NCBI GenBank assembly: GCA_020852715.1
Contig: JADZAE010000060.1
Coordinates: 8,786-72,785 of the forward strand
Length of the DNA stretch: 64,000 nt
Reading direction: 5' to 3'
DNA from: Deltaproteobacteria bacterium
GTDB taxonomy: Bacteria > Bdellovibrionota_C > UBA2361 > SZUA-149 > JADZAE01
The notes beneath the pieces are model-generated. The model had not been told where the DNA came from, made no database searches, and was given only the letters and a program-made list of their open reading frames with translations. The position numbers were made by a program, and so were the translations under genes. Positions within the stretch are counted from its first letter, which is position 1. Each line of letters begins with the position of its first letter. Of this stretch, positions 30,394-42,548 are shown piece after piece.

Positions 30394-30430
30394 GGGGGCT
30401 GTATCAAAAGTTGCAGCCCCCATTTTATTT
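30394..30430 (+). terminator. Rho-independent terminator after the HU-like gene.
   Basis: Stem gggggctg/cagccccc followed by attttattt. Confidence 0.7.
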
Positions 30431-30699
30431 GATCCATCCCCAGACTAACACCCGGTATTTTCTCCTCTGTGCCTTAACTACCTGAATTAATTTATATAAC
30501 ACGTTCTCTGAGAGCCTTGGTTGTGCTTGAATAGCACCCGGTACCTTTTTCGATAAGGTAGGATTGGGCATGTGTAAATGGGCGGAAAGTTGACAAAAAG
30601 AGTGCGATAATATATGTAGCCACCTACTAGAATTTAGCTGGTGACTTCGTATAAGATACTTCCTTTCCGAGTTGTTTTAGCAGTAACCATTTTTAAGCA

Positions 30700-32031
30700 G
30701 TGAGAAGTTTTTTTAAAATAATGCGGGCACTGATGCATAAGGCTTTGGTTGGCATAGGGGTTTTTTGGCTAGGGTTTGCCCTCTCTATTCCCGTTTATTT
30801 TTTAACAAATCAAAACTCATCGTTGCGAGCGGTGAAAGTAAATCTTGCTGATGCCAAGGAGTTTACTAAATCGGCTTCTACGGCGGTTTCGTTAACTACC
30901 CCCGAAGAGAGGTTGGCACTATACCATGAGGCGCTCAAAGCCGGCTCGGCGGAAAGTTTACAAATCTTAAATATCGAGACGGTCAGCAAGGATAAGGTGT
31001 ATCAGGATAATATTGCTGTTCTCAAACAACTCGCACTCGATACGATGGTCAAAAAATTCACGGCTAATGATTGGAATTCCTGGGCGAGCTCGTTAGCGAT
31101 AGGTGGCGGTAATATGTCTGAGGCTGCGCGTTATGTCGAGAATATACGCACAGTTAACCAGCCACTCGGAATATTTTTAGATACGGCCGCTTTTTTGTTA
31201 AGCGGAGCGAAGACAACAATTTCTCAAGGAAAAGACTTTGATGCCGGGCGCTACTTAGCAACAATAGTGAGCCAGTTTGAATTGTCCCATCATCTTTACC
31301 CGGAGCTGTCTTTGGCTGAAGTTTACAACCTGGGCATTCTTAATGATTATGTATTTTTAAAAATCTTAGAGCAGGAGAAGTGTCGGCTTACTGAAGAATT
31401 TATCCAAAACGTCCCGAGCAAGCCAAAAAGTGCTCTAAAATTGGTACGTTCCCTTTCCCCGCAATATTGTGGTCCTTATTTACCGAAAAAAGTTTTAGAA
31501 ATGATCGTGCGCGTGGCTAAGGAGGCATCTCCCAGCCTACGCTTAAAAATTGCCAGCGATCACGCACTAATGGATAATTTTGAAATGATGGCCGCTACCA
31601 ATACCGAGCTGCGCAAAGCTATGGCTCAGTTTTATGTAATTGTCGGTATTGATGCTTTAAATGCGACGGACACAGTTCATGCCCGCCTGTATCACCAAGC
31701 ATCAGTGCGCTTAGCCGAGAATATTTCCGGTCAGGGTATGTTAATGATGGCTATTGAGAGACTGGAAAAGCAGTTGGATGTTACGAGCCCCGAAGATCAA
31801 CTGTTATCATTGGGCACTCTTGGCTTCATGTTATTAATCGGCTTATCTCTTGGCGGGTTAATAGTATATCTAGTTTTTTATCGTTTCGGAGACGACGATG
31901 AAGTACTCGACCGCTACTTTAGAGAGCATTCTAAAAAACGAAAAGTAGCCAATTTAGGGCTACTTCCCGATGCCGTCAACGATGGCGCCCGCGACGAGAT
32001 TGAGCCTAAGATATCAAATTTCCATAACTAA
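30700..32031 (+). CDS. Hypothetical protein with N- and C-terminal TM helices.
   Basis: GTG start (ATG alternative at 30721). Hydrophobic segments at both ends. No recognisable motif. Confidence 0.4.
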   Translation: MRSFFKIMRALMHKALVGIGVFWLGFALSIPVYFLTNQNSSLRAVKVNLADAKEFTKSASTAVSLTTPEERLALYHEALKAGSAESLQILNIETVSKDKVYQDNIAVLKQLALDTMVKKFTANDWNSWASSLAIGGGNMSEAARYVENIRTVNQPLGIFLDTAAFLLSGAKTTISQGKDFDAGRYLATIVSQFELSHHLYPELSLAEVYNLGILNDYVFLKILEQEKCRLTEEFIQNVPSKPKSALKLVRSLSPQYCGPYLPKKVLEMIVRVAKEASPSLRLKIASDHALMDNFEMMAATNTELRKAMAQFYVIVGIDALNATDTVHARLYHQASVRLAENISGQGMLMMAIERLEKQLDVTSPEDQLLSLGTLGFMLLIGLSLGGLIVYLVFYRFGDDDEVLDRYFREHSKKRKVANLGLLPDAVNDGARDEIEPKISNFHN

Positions 32032-32174
32032 ACTTCCCTTAAATAAGCCTAAAGTAATTGCCGTAAGTTGCCGATATTACAGAGTAGACAGGGAAGTGTT
32101 TTGCTAAAGCCAACTGATTTCTTAATAAAAACTACCAGGCTTTCATAGCTAGCGCGAACGTAAAAGGATTTACG

Positions 32175-33050
32175 ATGTCGTTAATACACCAAATTAATAC
32201 TGCTTGGATAAAATCTATGCTTGAGGCCTATCCGGCATCGGGTAAAGGTGGTTCCTCGATCAGTGGTGTTGGCGCCGGTGCTAGTTTTGATAGCGATCAG
32301 CTTGGTGTAAGTAACGCGATGAACTACGCGGCTGATACATTTACAAGTTCTTATAAACGCATGGCCGCAGGTTACGCAGCCATTAGCTCCACTCAATATC
32401 AACTACAGGAAGCTCAAGCTTATTTAGAAGAGCTGTCAACTCTCGCCTCGCAGGCTTCAGATTCGCAACTATCAGATAATGAGCGCGTGGCAATAGAATC
32501 ATCATTTCGTAATTTGATAAGAGTATATCAGCGCACAATGGAAAAAGATGTGAGTGAGGATTCGGAGCTAGATCCGAAAGATCTTACCGATTTGCAAGAG
32601 ATATTGAGCGATTCGGGAATAGATTTTGGCACATCTTCGGCAGTGACTGAGGCGATGGGGTGCATCGGAGGATCCGATCAATATCTAGGAGAAGAAAGAA
32701 TTACTACTCAGGACGGAACAAGTCTCGATATTTCCAGCCTGCATGTCAGTACCAAAGATAATGCTGAGCGTGCGCTGGAATATATTACGGCTTTAAAGAA
32801 AGAAATAAGTGCGGACAGCTATGGTCTGGATACGATTATGGGGGAGCTTGGCGGGGCTAGCAGATTTGCAGTTGCCGGGGAAAATGCTTTTAGAAAGGCT
32901 GCCGAGGGGTTACTTGCTAATGGTAGTATAGATTTGTTAGCTGACGCTCTGGCTGCAGACATTCGCAGCAATGCTGCCGATAAAGCTTTAGCAGCTCATA
33001 GTGATCTGGATTCGATACTTGCCAAAACGCTTCTTGCGGTTAATCAATAA
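32175..33050 (+). CDS. Flagellin-like protein (D0/D1 helical-domain pattern; orphan).
   Basis: N-terminal IHQINT, and the helical pattern …SSTQYQLQEAQAYLEELSTLASQASDSQLSDNERVAIESSFRNLIRVYQR…, resemble flagellin (INTN… / [31 protein letters not shown]…DLDSIQAEITQRLNEIDR). The C-terminal …AERALEYITALKKEISADSYGLDTIMGEL… resembles the flagellin C-terminal D1 helix. Confidence 0.4.
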   Translation: MSLIHQINTAWIKSMLEAYPASGKGGSSISGVGAGASFDSDQLGVSNAMNYAADTFTSSYKRMAAGYAAISSTQYQLQEAQAYLEELSTLASQASDSQLSDNERVAIESSFRNLIRVYQRTMEKDVSEDSELDPKDLTDLQEILSDSGIDFGTSSAVTEAMGCIGGSDQYLGEERITTQDGTSLDISSLHVSTKDNAERALEYITALKKEISADSYGLDTIMGELGGASRFAVAGENAFRKAAEGLLANGSIDLLADALAADIRSNAADKALAAHSDLDSILAKTLLAVNQ

Positions 33051-33129
33051 ACCTAAAAAAATCAGTCGGGGCTATAGAAAACCTCAAAAAATAAAAAATC
33101 GCATATATATCTTAGAATTTGAAAATCAC

Positions 33130-33330
33130 CAACGGGTGGGCGCGATAGCGCCGGTCGCCCCTACGAATTGCGAAGCATCGCCAAGGCAATACTGCTGTCA
33201 TGCGCACCCAGTGCGGCAGCAATATTTTGTAGGCCGATCGCGCTGACGCGTGCTGCCCTAAAGTAACGCATTTGATGGATTTGTGTTCAGGCACCGCGTG
33301 TGCCCAAAAATTGCCGCGGGCGCCATTTCC
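33130..33330. repeat. GC-rich repeat, copy F.
   Basis: ctgtcatgcgcacccagtgcggcagc matches copy E. Contains GC-rich palindromic segments. Confidence 0.5.
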
Positions 33331-33409
33331 CATCCGGTAGCAAAATTATTGGCAAGCTGTGAGCTTTGAGGCATAGTTAAGCCAACAATGAGATTGGGAA
33401 AAACTTGAT

Positions 33410-34720
33410 ATGAAAAAAATGGCTTGGTTTTCTCCGCTGGGCTCTGTGCCTTGCTTAGTGAGCACAGAGTTTAGTCGCCGTTTTATTAGGGAAATGGCCG
33501 AGAGGTGCGAGATAACCTTATTTATAAATGATGATGATTGGCGCCACTGTGATGATCTGCGCTATGAGTATGATTTGCCAATCTATCATTACTTGCGCGC
33601 TGCTGAGATAAATGCCCGGCAGCACTTTGATTTGTTTTGTTATCAGTTAGAAGATGATCAGCAATGCGATTTTTGCTTGCGATCAGCAAACATTTTCCCC
33701 GGATTTGTGTTTTGTCATGACATTTCTGTATCCAGGATTATTGAAAGCAGATTCTCTCATATTACTACGGGCGTTGAGCTCAACGATGAGCTTGCAGCAT
33801 TGCATGGCGCTCATGCGCCCTTAGTTGGTGACTATTTAGTGCGTAGGGCACCGCTGACGGCGTTACATACGGCCTTCCCGATGCTGATCACTAGTCAATT
33901 GGCGCAGGGGGTTCTTGTATATTGTTCGGACATATTTTTACCCTCCGAGCAAAAAACTTCATTAATGCAGACCAAGCTATCCTTTCCTCATCCTATAGAT
34001 AAGATAACAGATGATTCCATCAAAGGGCTTTTGGATCATCTGTCTCTTGATTCCACTTTGCCTGTTGTAGGTTTTCACTACAGCGAGCAGCAACGCAGCC
34101 GTTATCCGATTATGCTGTCAGCGTGCAAAATGCTTATTGAAAGCACTGAGAGTAAGCGCTTTAATTTGCTTTTGATCTGTAATGAGGAAAATGCAGAGCA
34201 AGCGAGAAGGGGTCTTACGGAACTGGCTTTAAGCATAGAGCAAAACGATATTTATTTAGTTACATATAATGACGCCCGAGCATTAGCGCAGTTAGTTTAT
34301 ATCTGTGATTTGTTTGTGGCCAATGAGTTTAATCCATACCATGGACTTAGTTTGGCCGCCCGGTTATCTTTGGAAAATGGCATAAGCACAATTGTTTCAT
34401 CGCCGGAAATTAATTTGGAGATCTTTGGCCCAATGGTGCTTAGGATAGCTGCTGGTCATGGCGAGGACGTGGCATTAGCTAGCGCCATTAGTCAGCAGTT
34501 AGATTGTGGCAAAAAAGATAGGTTAGCAGTTAGGCCGGGTATGAGCGGCAGGGCATTTAAAGAGAGTTTTTTGGCAATCAGTAACCAGTTGGCTGGTGGA
34601 CTTGCCAAGCAATATAAAGCTAAGGTAGAAGCGCTTGCTCAAGTAGAGAATCAATATAAGGATTTATTTGAGCCTGATAGGAAAGACCCTATCAACGCAA
34701 TGCTTAAATCTGTAAGCTAG
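33410..34720 (+). CDS. Hypothetical protein, possibly glycosyltransferase-like.
   Basis: The C-terminal half has a Rossmann-like GT-B pattern (…LLLICNEENAEQARRG…VTYNDARALAQLVYICDLFV…). Weak. Confidence 0.35.
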   Translation: MKKMAWFSPLGSVPCLVSTEFSRRFIREMAERCEITLFINDDDWRHCDDLRYEYDLPIYHYLRAAEINARQHFDLFCYQLEDDQQCDFCLRSANIFPGFVFCHDISVSRIIESRFSHITTGVELNDELAALHGAHAPLVGDYLVRRAPLTALHTAFPMLITSQLAQGVLVYCSDIFLPSEQKTSLMQTKLSFPHPIDKITDDSIKGLLDHLSLDSTLPVVGFHYSEQQRSRYPIMLSACKMLIESTESKRFNLLLICNEENAEQARRGLTELALSIEQNDIYLVTYNDARALAQLVYICDLFVANEFNPYHGLSLAARLSLENGISTIVSSPEINLEIFGPMVLRIAAGHGEDVALASAISQQLDCGKKDRLAVRPGMSGRAFKESFLAISNQLAGGLAKQYKAKVEALAQVENQYKDLFEPDRKDPINAMLKSVS

Positions 34721-34725
34721 CTTTC

Positions 34726-38024
<3,299 letters not shown>

Positions 38025-38211
38025 TAGCGATATTTAAGCGTTATAGGTTGGAATTTTAAGAGGAGTAGGTTGAGAAGATTAAGACGAGCGACATAAATCG
38101 CCCATTCTATAGTTTTAATTAATTTCCTAGCTTATAACCACCAAATTAGTCATTGTCAGGTTGGCAGCTAAGTTTCGTAGGCTTTAGAATCAATCTCTCT
38201 ATTTTAATACA

Positions 38212-38826
38212 TCAAAGTGAGTAGTTGATGCTAGCTCGTAATAAGATGCCATCTCTCTCGAGCCTGATGATAAAGTCCTTATTTTGATCAATAGTTGCTG
38301 GATTACAGGATTTATTTGAACTAGTTAATGACCAAGGCATGCCATTAGCATTTCCAGTACAGCCGTAAGTCCTTGCGGAACTGGATGTGTTGGTTGCCAT
38401 TTGTGATAGTAGCTTTGGTGTATGAAAAGCAACAGTCATATCTTGAGAATCTAGGAGCGAGTTTTTGTTTACATCATATATCGATACAGGACAAATTACC
38501 TTACTCACATCACCACTATTTTCTGTTAAAATATAGCTTGCCTTTGGTCATCCATAAGAATTGTAATTCTTTGGATTCGAAGGATCTTTAATGGCAGGTA
38601 TTAAACAATTATATTTATATAAATCTCTGTTCCCTGCTATGGCACCGGCGACGGCCATAAATCCGTAATTAGTTGCAGCACTCATGTAAGAAAGCATTTC
38701 TGCAAAATCAATTTGCCAATCAAGGCTCAGATCGGCCGGGTGATGCCTACACGACGATGAAATGGTATGCCCCCCTTTTATTATCTGCTTGATAGGACAA
38801 GGTATCAAACCTATTAGCGGATGCAT
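38212..38826 (-). pseudogene. Fragments of an unidentified gene, interrupted by a stop, abutting the IS remnant.
   Basis: Two consecutive minus-strand ORFs (38212-38508 and 38548-38826) in different frames, ending where the transposase remnant begins. Confidence 0.3.
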
Positions 38827-39346
38827 TGAAAAATGTTGCGGGATATGAGGTGCGAGCCGCTGAAGTTAAAGCTCTTAAGCCTCACAGATACGAAGAACTA
38901 AAATCTTCCCGCTGGTGCCTGCTAAAGAAACCTGAGAATTTGACGAACAAGCAAGGCGCAAAACTTAAGGAACTTCTTAAGTTAAGGTTAACCTCAGATC
39001 TGTTAGAGCATATCTACTCAAAGAAGAATTTAGATATTTCTGGGAATACTCATCGCCCGTTTGGGCTGACAAGTTCCTAAATGCCTGGACCACTAAAGTT
39101 ATGCGTTCAAGGATTGAACCTATGAAACGCATGGCTCGACAGATGAGACTACATCAGCCACTAATTCTTAATTGGTTCAGAGCTAAAAAGCTATTCTCTT
39201 CCGGAATCGTTGAAGGTTTTAACAACAAAGCTAAAGTAACTCTAAAAAAAGCCTATGGATTTCGCACATTCAACGCCATGCAAATCGCCTTATTTCACCA
39301 ACTTGGCGCTTTACCCGAACCTCAGGTCACCCACTCTTTCTGGTGA
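38796..39346 (+). mobile_element. ISL3-family transposase remnant: the C-terminal ~170 aa only, with a frameshift.
   Basis: …ELKSSRWCLLKKPENLTNKQGAKLKELL… then, after a frame change at ~39080, …ILNWF…GIVEGFNNKAKVTLKKAYGFRTFNAMQIAL…. These are the conserved ISL3 transposase C-terminal motifs. No N-terminal portion or full-length ORF is present. Confidence 0.7.
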
Positions 39347-39400
39347 CGAACCGTAAATTTTTGCGATGCTTCCGTCGCTGAAATCGAAACATGTGAGATA

Positions 39401-39664
39401 GTGCCATTAGAACCTTCAGGTAAGGTTGAGTTTACCATGCATGCGGTGAGCCCCGCTTTTATTCTGCATTTATGCCAAGAGATTGATGGTCACACACCCA
39501 AAGCATATTTGTTGCATATCAAGGGTTACAGCTTTGAAATGAAAGAAGGGTTAAGTGAAATGGCTCAAGCTAATCTGGAGGAAGCTTTTGCCAAGATTGC
39601 TCCTTTTTTGGAGCAACGAATCGCTTTTGTGGCTGGCGAATTGCCCCGAAAAGCTACTCAGTGA
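39401..39664 (+). pseudogene. C-terminal fragment of a hydrogenase maturation endopeptidase (HybD/HyaD/HoxW-like).
   Basis: …TMHAVSPAFILHLCQEIDGHTPKAYLLHIKGYSFEMKEGLSEMAQANLEEAFAKIA… aligns in pattern with the HybD C-terminus (SPHQLGLADVL…PKKLTLVGV…LTPTVEAMIEPALEQVL). The N-terminal half is missing. Confidence 0.4.
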
Positions 39665-39845
39665 TGGAAATTTTGGACGTATAACGGCACTGTCAGCTGA
39701 TTTTAAGATCAGTATAATTTACACACTAGACAAAGGTTTCGTTTGTATAATATTAACAAACAGTTTAGACTCTGACATTATTGAGACAACTTTTGCGGCG
39801 ACTATTCCTCTTATCTTCGCATACTCTCCTTAAAAAGGAAATTAT

Positions 39846-40883
39846 ATGGCTAAAATGAGTTACAAAATAGCCGGCGTGAATATTGACGCGGGTAATCGTC
39901 TTGTAAAAAATATTTCTCCGGCGGTTAAGGCTTCATTTTCTAAACAGATATTAAATCCGCTGGGCGGTTTTGCCAGCTTGATGCGTATAGATCTTAAGAA
40001 ATTTAAAAAGCCGGTTATTGTTACATCCACAGATGGGGTGGGCTCTAAACTAAAAATCGCTCAGATGCTCGGAAAACATGATACGATTGGGCAAGATCTT
40101 GTTGCTATGAGCGTAAACGATATAGCCGTGTATGGTGCAACACCACTAGCTTTTCTTGATTACTTTGCTTGCGGAAAATTAGATACAAAAGTCGCTAGCT
40201 CAGTGATTAACGGCATTGCTAAGGCCTGTAAAAAACACGGCTTATCACTGGTCGGTGGCGAGACTGCTGAGATGCCCGGATTCTATGAAAAGGGAGAATA
40301 TGATTTGGGTGGTTTTGTTGTTGGGTGTGTCGATGAAAAGTCTATTATTAGTGGGCAGCAGGTTAAAGTTGGTATGCAGCTAGTGGGCATTGAGTCCAGC
40401 GGCCTACATAGCAATGGGTTTTCTTTGGTGCGTAAAATCTTAATAGAGAACTTTAATCTTGATTTAAAACTAAAACACTTTGGGCTTAAAAGAACTCTCG
40501 GTGAGGAGCTGCTAACTCCAACAATTATATATAGTGATATAGTAGGCGAGCTAATTAAGCGATTTAAAATATTCGGTATGGCGCATATTACAGGCGGGGG
40601 ACTAAAGGAAAATATCGTGCGTATTCTTCCTAAGGGAAAGGGCTTAATAATAAATTCCCACGCTTGGAAAATTCCCCCCATCTTTGCTATTTTGGCTGAA
40701 CTTGGCGATCTGGCCGCCGAGGAGCTATTTCGAGTATTTAATATGGGTATTGGTTATGTTGTCATCGTAAACAACGTAGATACTCAAAAAATAATAGCTC
40801 ATCTTAAAACTAGAGGCTTTAAAGCTTATTGTATAGGGGAAGTGATTTCCTCTAAAAATCAAACGGTGAAAATTTTGCATTAA
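39846..40883 (+). CDS. purM: Phosphoribosylformylglycinamidine cyclo-ligase (AIR synthetase).
   Basis: YKIAGVNIDAGNRLV…, DGVGSK, and …HITGGGL…. Confidence 0.9.
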   Translation: MAKMSYKIAGVNIDAGNRLVKNISPAVKASFSKQILNPLGGFASLMRIDLKKFKKPVIVTSTDGVGSKLKIAQMLGKHDTIGQDLVAMSVNDIAVYGATPLAFLDYFACGKLDTKVASSVINGIAKACKKHGLSLVGGETAEMPGFYEKGEYDLGGFVVGCVDEKSIISGQQVKVGMQLVGIESSGLHSNGFSLVRKILIENFNLDLKLKHFGLKRTLGEELLTPTIIYSDIVGELIKRFKIFGMAHITGGGLKENIVRILPKGKGLIINSHAWKIPPIFAILAELGDLAAEELFRVFNMGIGYVVIVNNVDTQKIIAHLKTRGFKAYCIGEVISSKNQTVKILH

Positions 40884-40925
40884 TTAGCGTTTTTTTAAGC
40901 AGTTAGGAATCCCCGGGTAGTTACC

Positions 40926-42221
40926 TTAGTTTGCCTTATTAGATAAGTCCATGCTCCAGCCTGAAGGGCTAATGGGGATTTGGATTTGACCTGTAGTATT
41001 ATTACTTAAAAGCGCATTAACTTGATCACTGTAATATCGCCACTGCGGGTCGGAAGAGTAGGCTTTTATGTTAAAGCGGTCTGTAGCTCTATACGAAGCG
41101 ATAATCATAAGTATAAATATGCTGACCATATAAAGCTTGCGGTTTTTCCCCAATATGAGGCGAGCAATCGTAGCTAAAATCAATGGACTTATTGCCGGAA
41201 GAATAAAAGCATAACGAAAATCTTCCCATTGCGGCCAGGGAAGGTGATACATGAAAAGATATCCGGCCTTGTTTCTGGCCATTGTTATAAATAGTGGCCA
41301 GAAAGATGCGCAGAGCGCGAGCATTGTAAAAAGTTTGCTTTCTGCGGTGGCGCAAATTGCGGCACTTCGCACGACAAGTAACCAGCAGGCGAGGGTGATA
41401 AATAGAACAGCTAAGGATGAAATTTGGTAAATAATATCCTTAATCCAGGTTTCGAAGAAAAGCCCCGAGGTGGAAGCTTTTAACCAGATTAAGCTTAAAT
41501 AACCTAATTCGGTATTAAGGTTGGTTTCGGGGATGCGATGAAGATAATTTAGTAAAGAGCTTGCGCTGATACTAAGAATGATTAGGGCGAGTTTTGTGCA
41601 TTCTGTTTTTGCCTGAGGGGTTTGAACCGTTAAATAAAAGCGGTAGATAAAAACAGGCAAAAGTAATATGGTGGCACCTTCGGTTAGAACACAAACAAGA
41701 ATTAAAAATAACTTTGCATAGCTGGTGGAGGCATCAATGTTGCGCACAGAAATCAAAGCTAAATAGACCCAACAGATCCAATGAAGGCCGGTAATATTAC
41801 AAGCAATCTCTCCTAACCCCGGCGTAAGCGTTAGCAGGATACATAAACAAAAGCGCGTGAAAAAATCTGGTGCAATTTGATTGTAATCTTTATGTAGTAA
41901 TAAAGAGAATACGTAGCCGGCGAAGATAAAAGCCAGAAAAGGGATTAAATAGACAGCTAATGTAAAAGGCAAATAGCTTGCGCCAAAAGCAATTAGACGT
42001 GGAAGAAGATGATAATATCCGCCGTACGAAGAAAATAAGGACTGCCAACCCTTTTCTATGGCTTGTTGAAAAAATACAGTACCATCTTCAGCCCAGAAAT
42101 CGGCAACGATTAAACGATCCCGGCAACGGAGAAACCAAATTATGTTTATAGTGATTAAGGCGAGAAGCTGATATGAATTTGCTTTTAAGAAATTGTCAGC
42201 TTGGAAAGGTTTTTGTCGCAT
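40926..42221 (-). CDS. Hypothetical polytopic membrane protein (possible lipid-linked glycosyltransferase/polymerase type).
   Basis: About 10 predicted TM helices, with a Trp/Tyr-rich N-terminal region. Confidence 0.45.
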   Translation of the reverse strand: MRQKPFQADNFLKANSYQLLALITINIIWFLRCRDRLIVADFWAEDGTVFFQQAIEKGWQSLFSSYGGYYHLLPRLIAFGASYLPFTLAVYLIPFLAFIFAGYVFSLLLHKDYNQIAPDFFTRFCLCILLTLTPGLGEIACNITGLHWICWVYLALISVRNIDASTSYAKLFLILVCVLTEGATILLLPVFIYRFYLTVQTPQAKTECTKLALIILSISASSLLNYLHRIPETNLNTELGYLSLIWLKASTSGLFFETWIKDIIYQISSLAVLFITLACWLLVVRSAAICATAESKLFTMLALCASFWPLFITMARNKAGYLFMYHLPWPQWEDFRYAFILPAISPLILATIARLILGKNRKLYMVSIFILMIIASYRATDRFNIKAYSSDPQWRYYSDQVNALLSNNTTGQIQIPISPSGWSMDLSNKAN

Positions 42222-42548
42222 ATCGGTCTTTTAAAAGCGTCGGCTAATTATAACGCGGTAATGATTTTTGTATTTCGATTTATATAATTTCGTTAATGGA
42301 TATGGCTACTGCATTTTTCCATTCAGCAAACTTCCTAGGAATGCCCTGTGCATAAATGCAGTAAATAGGGATCAATTCCCCCTAAAAGCCCGGGGGCAAA
42401 GATATTACATTGATTTGGAATCCTTTAGCCGAGTTGTCGCATTACTATTGTCGATAATTTTGTCTATTGGGATTGGACTATGTCGTTGCTTAAGGGGTAG
42501 CGCCTGTTTTATTCTACGCTTACTTAACACGATTTGGAAATTTGAATT

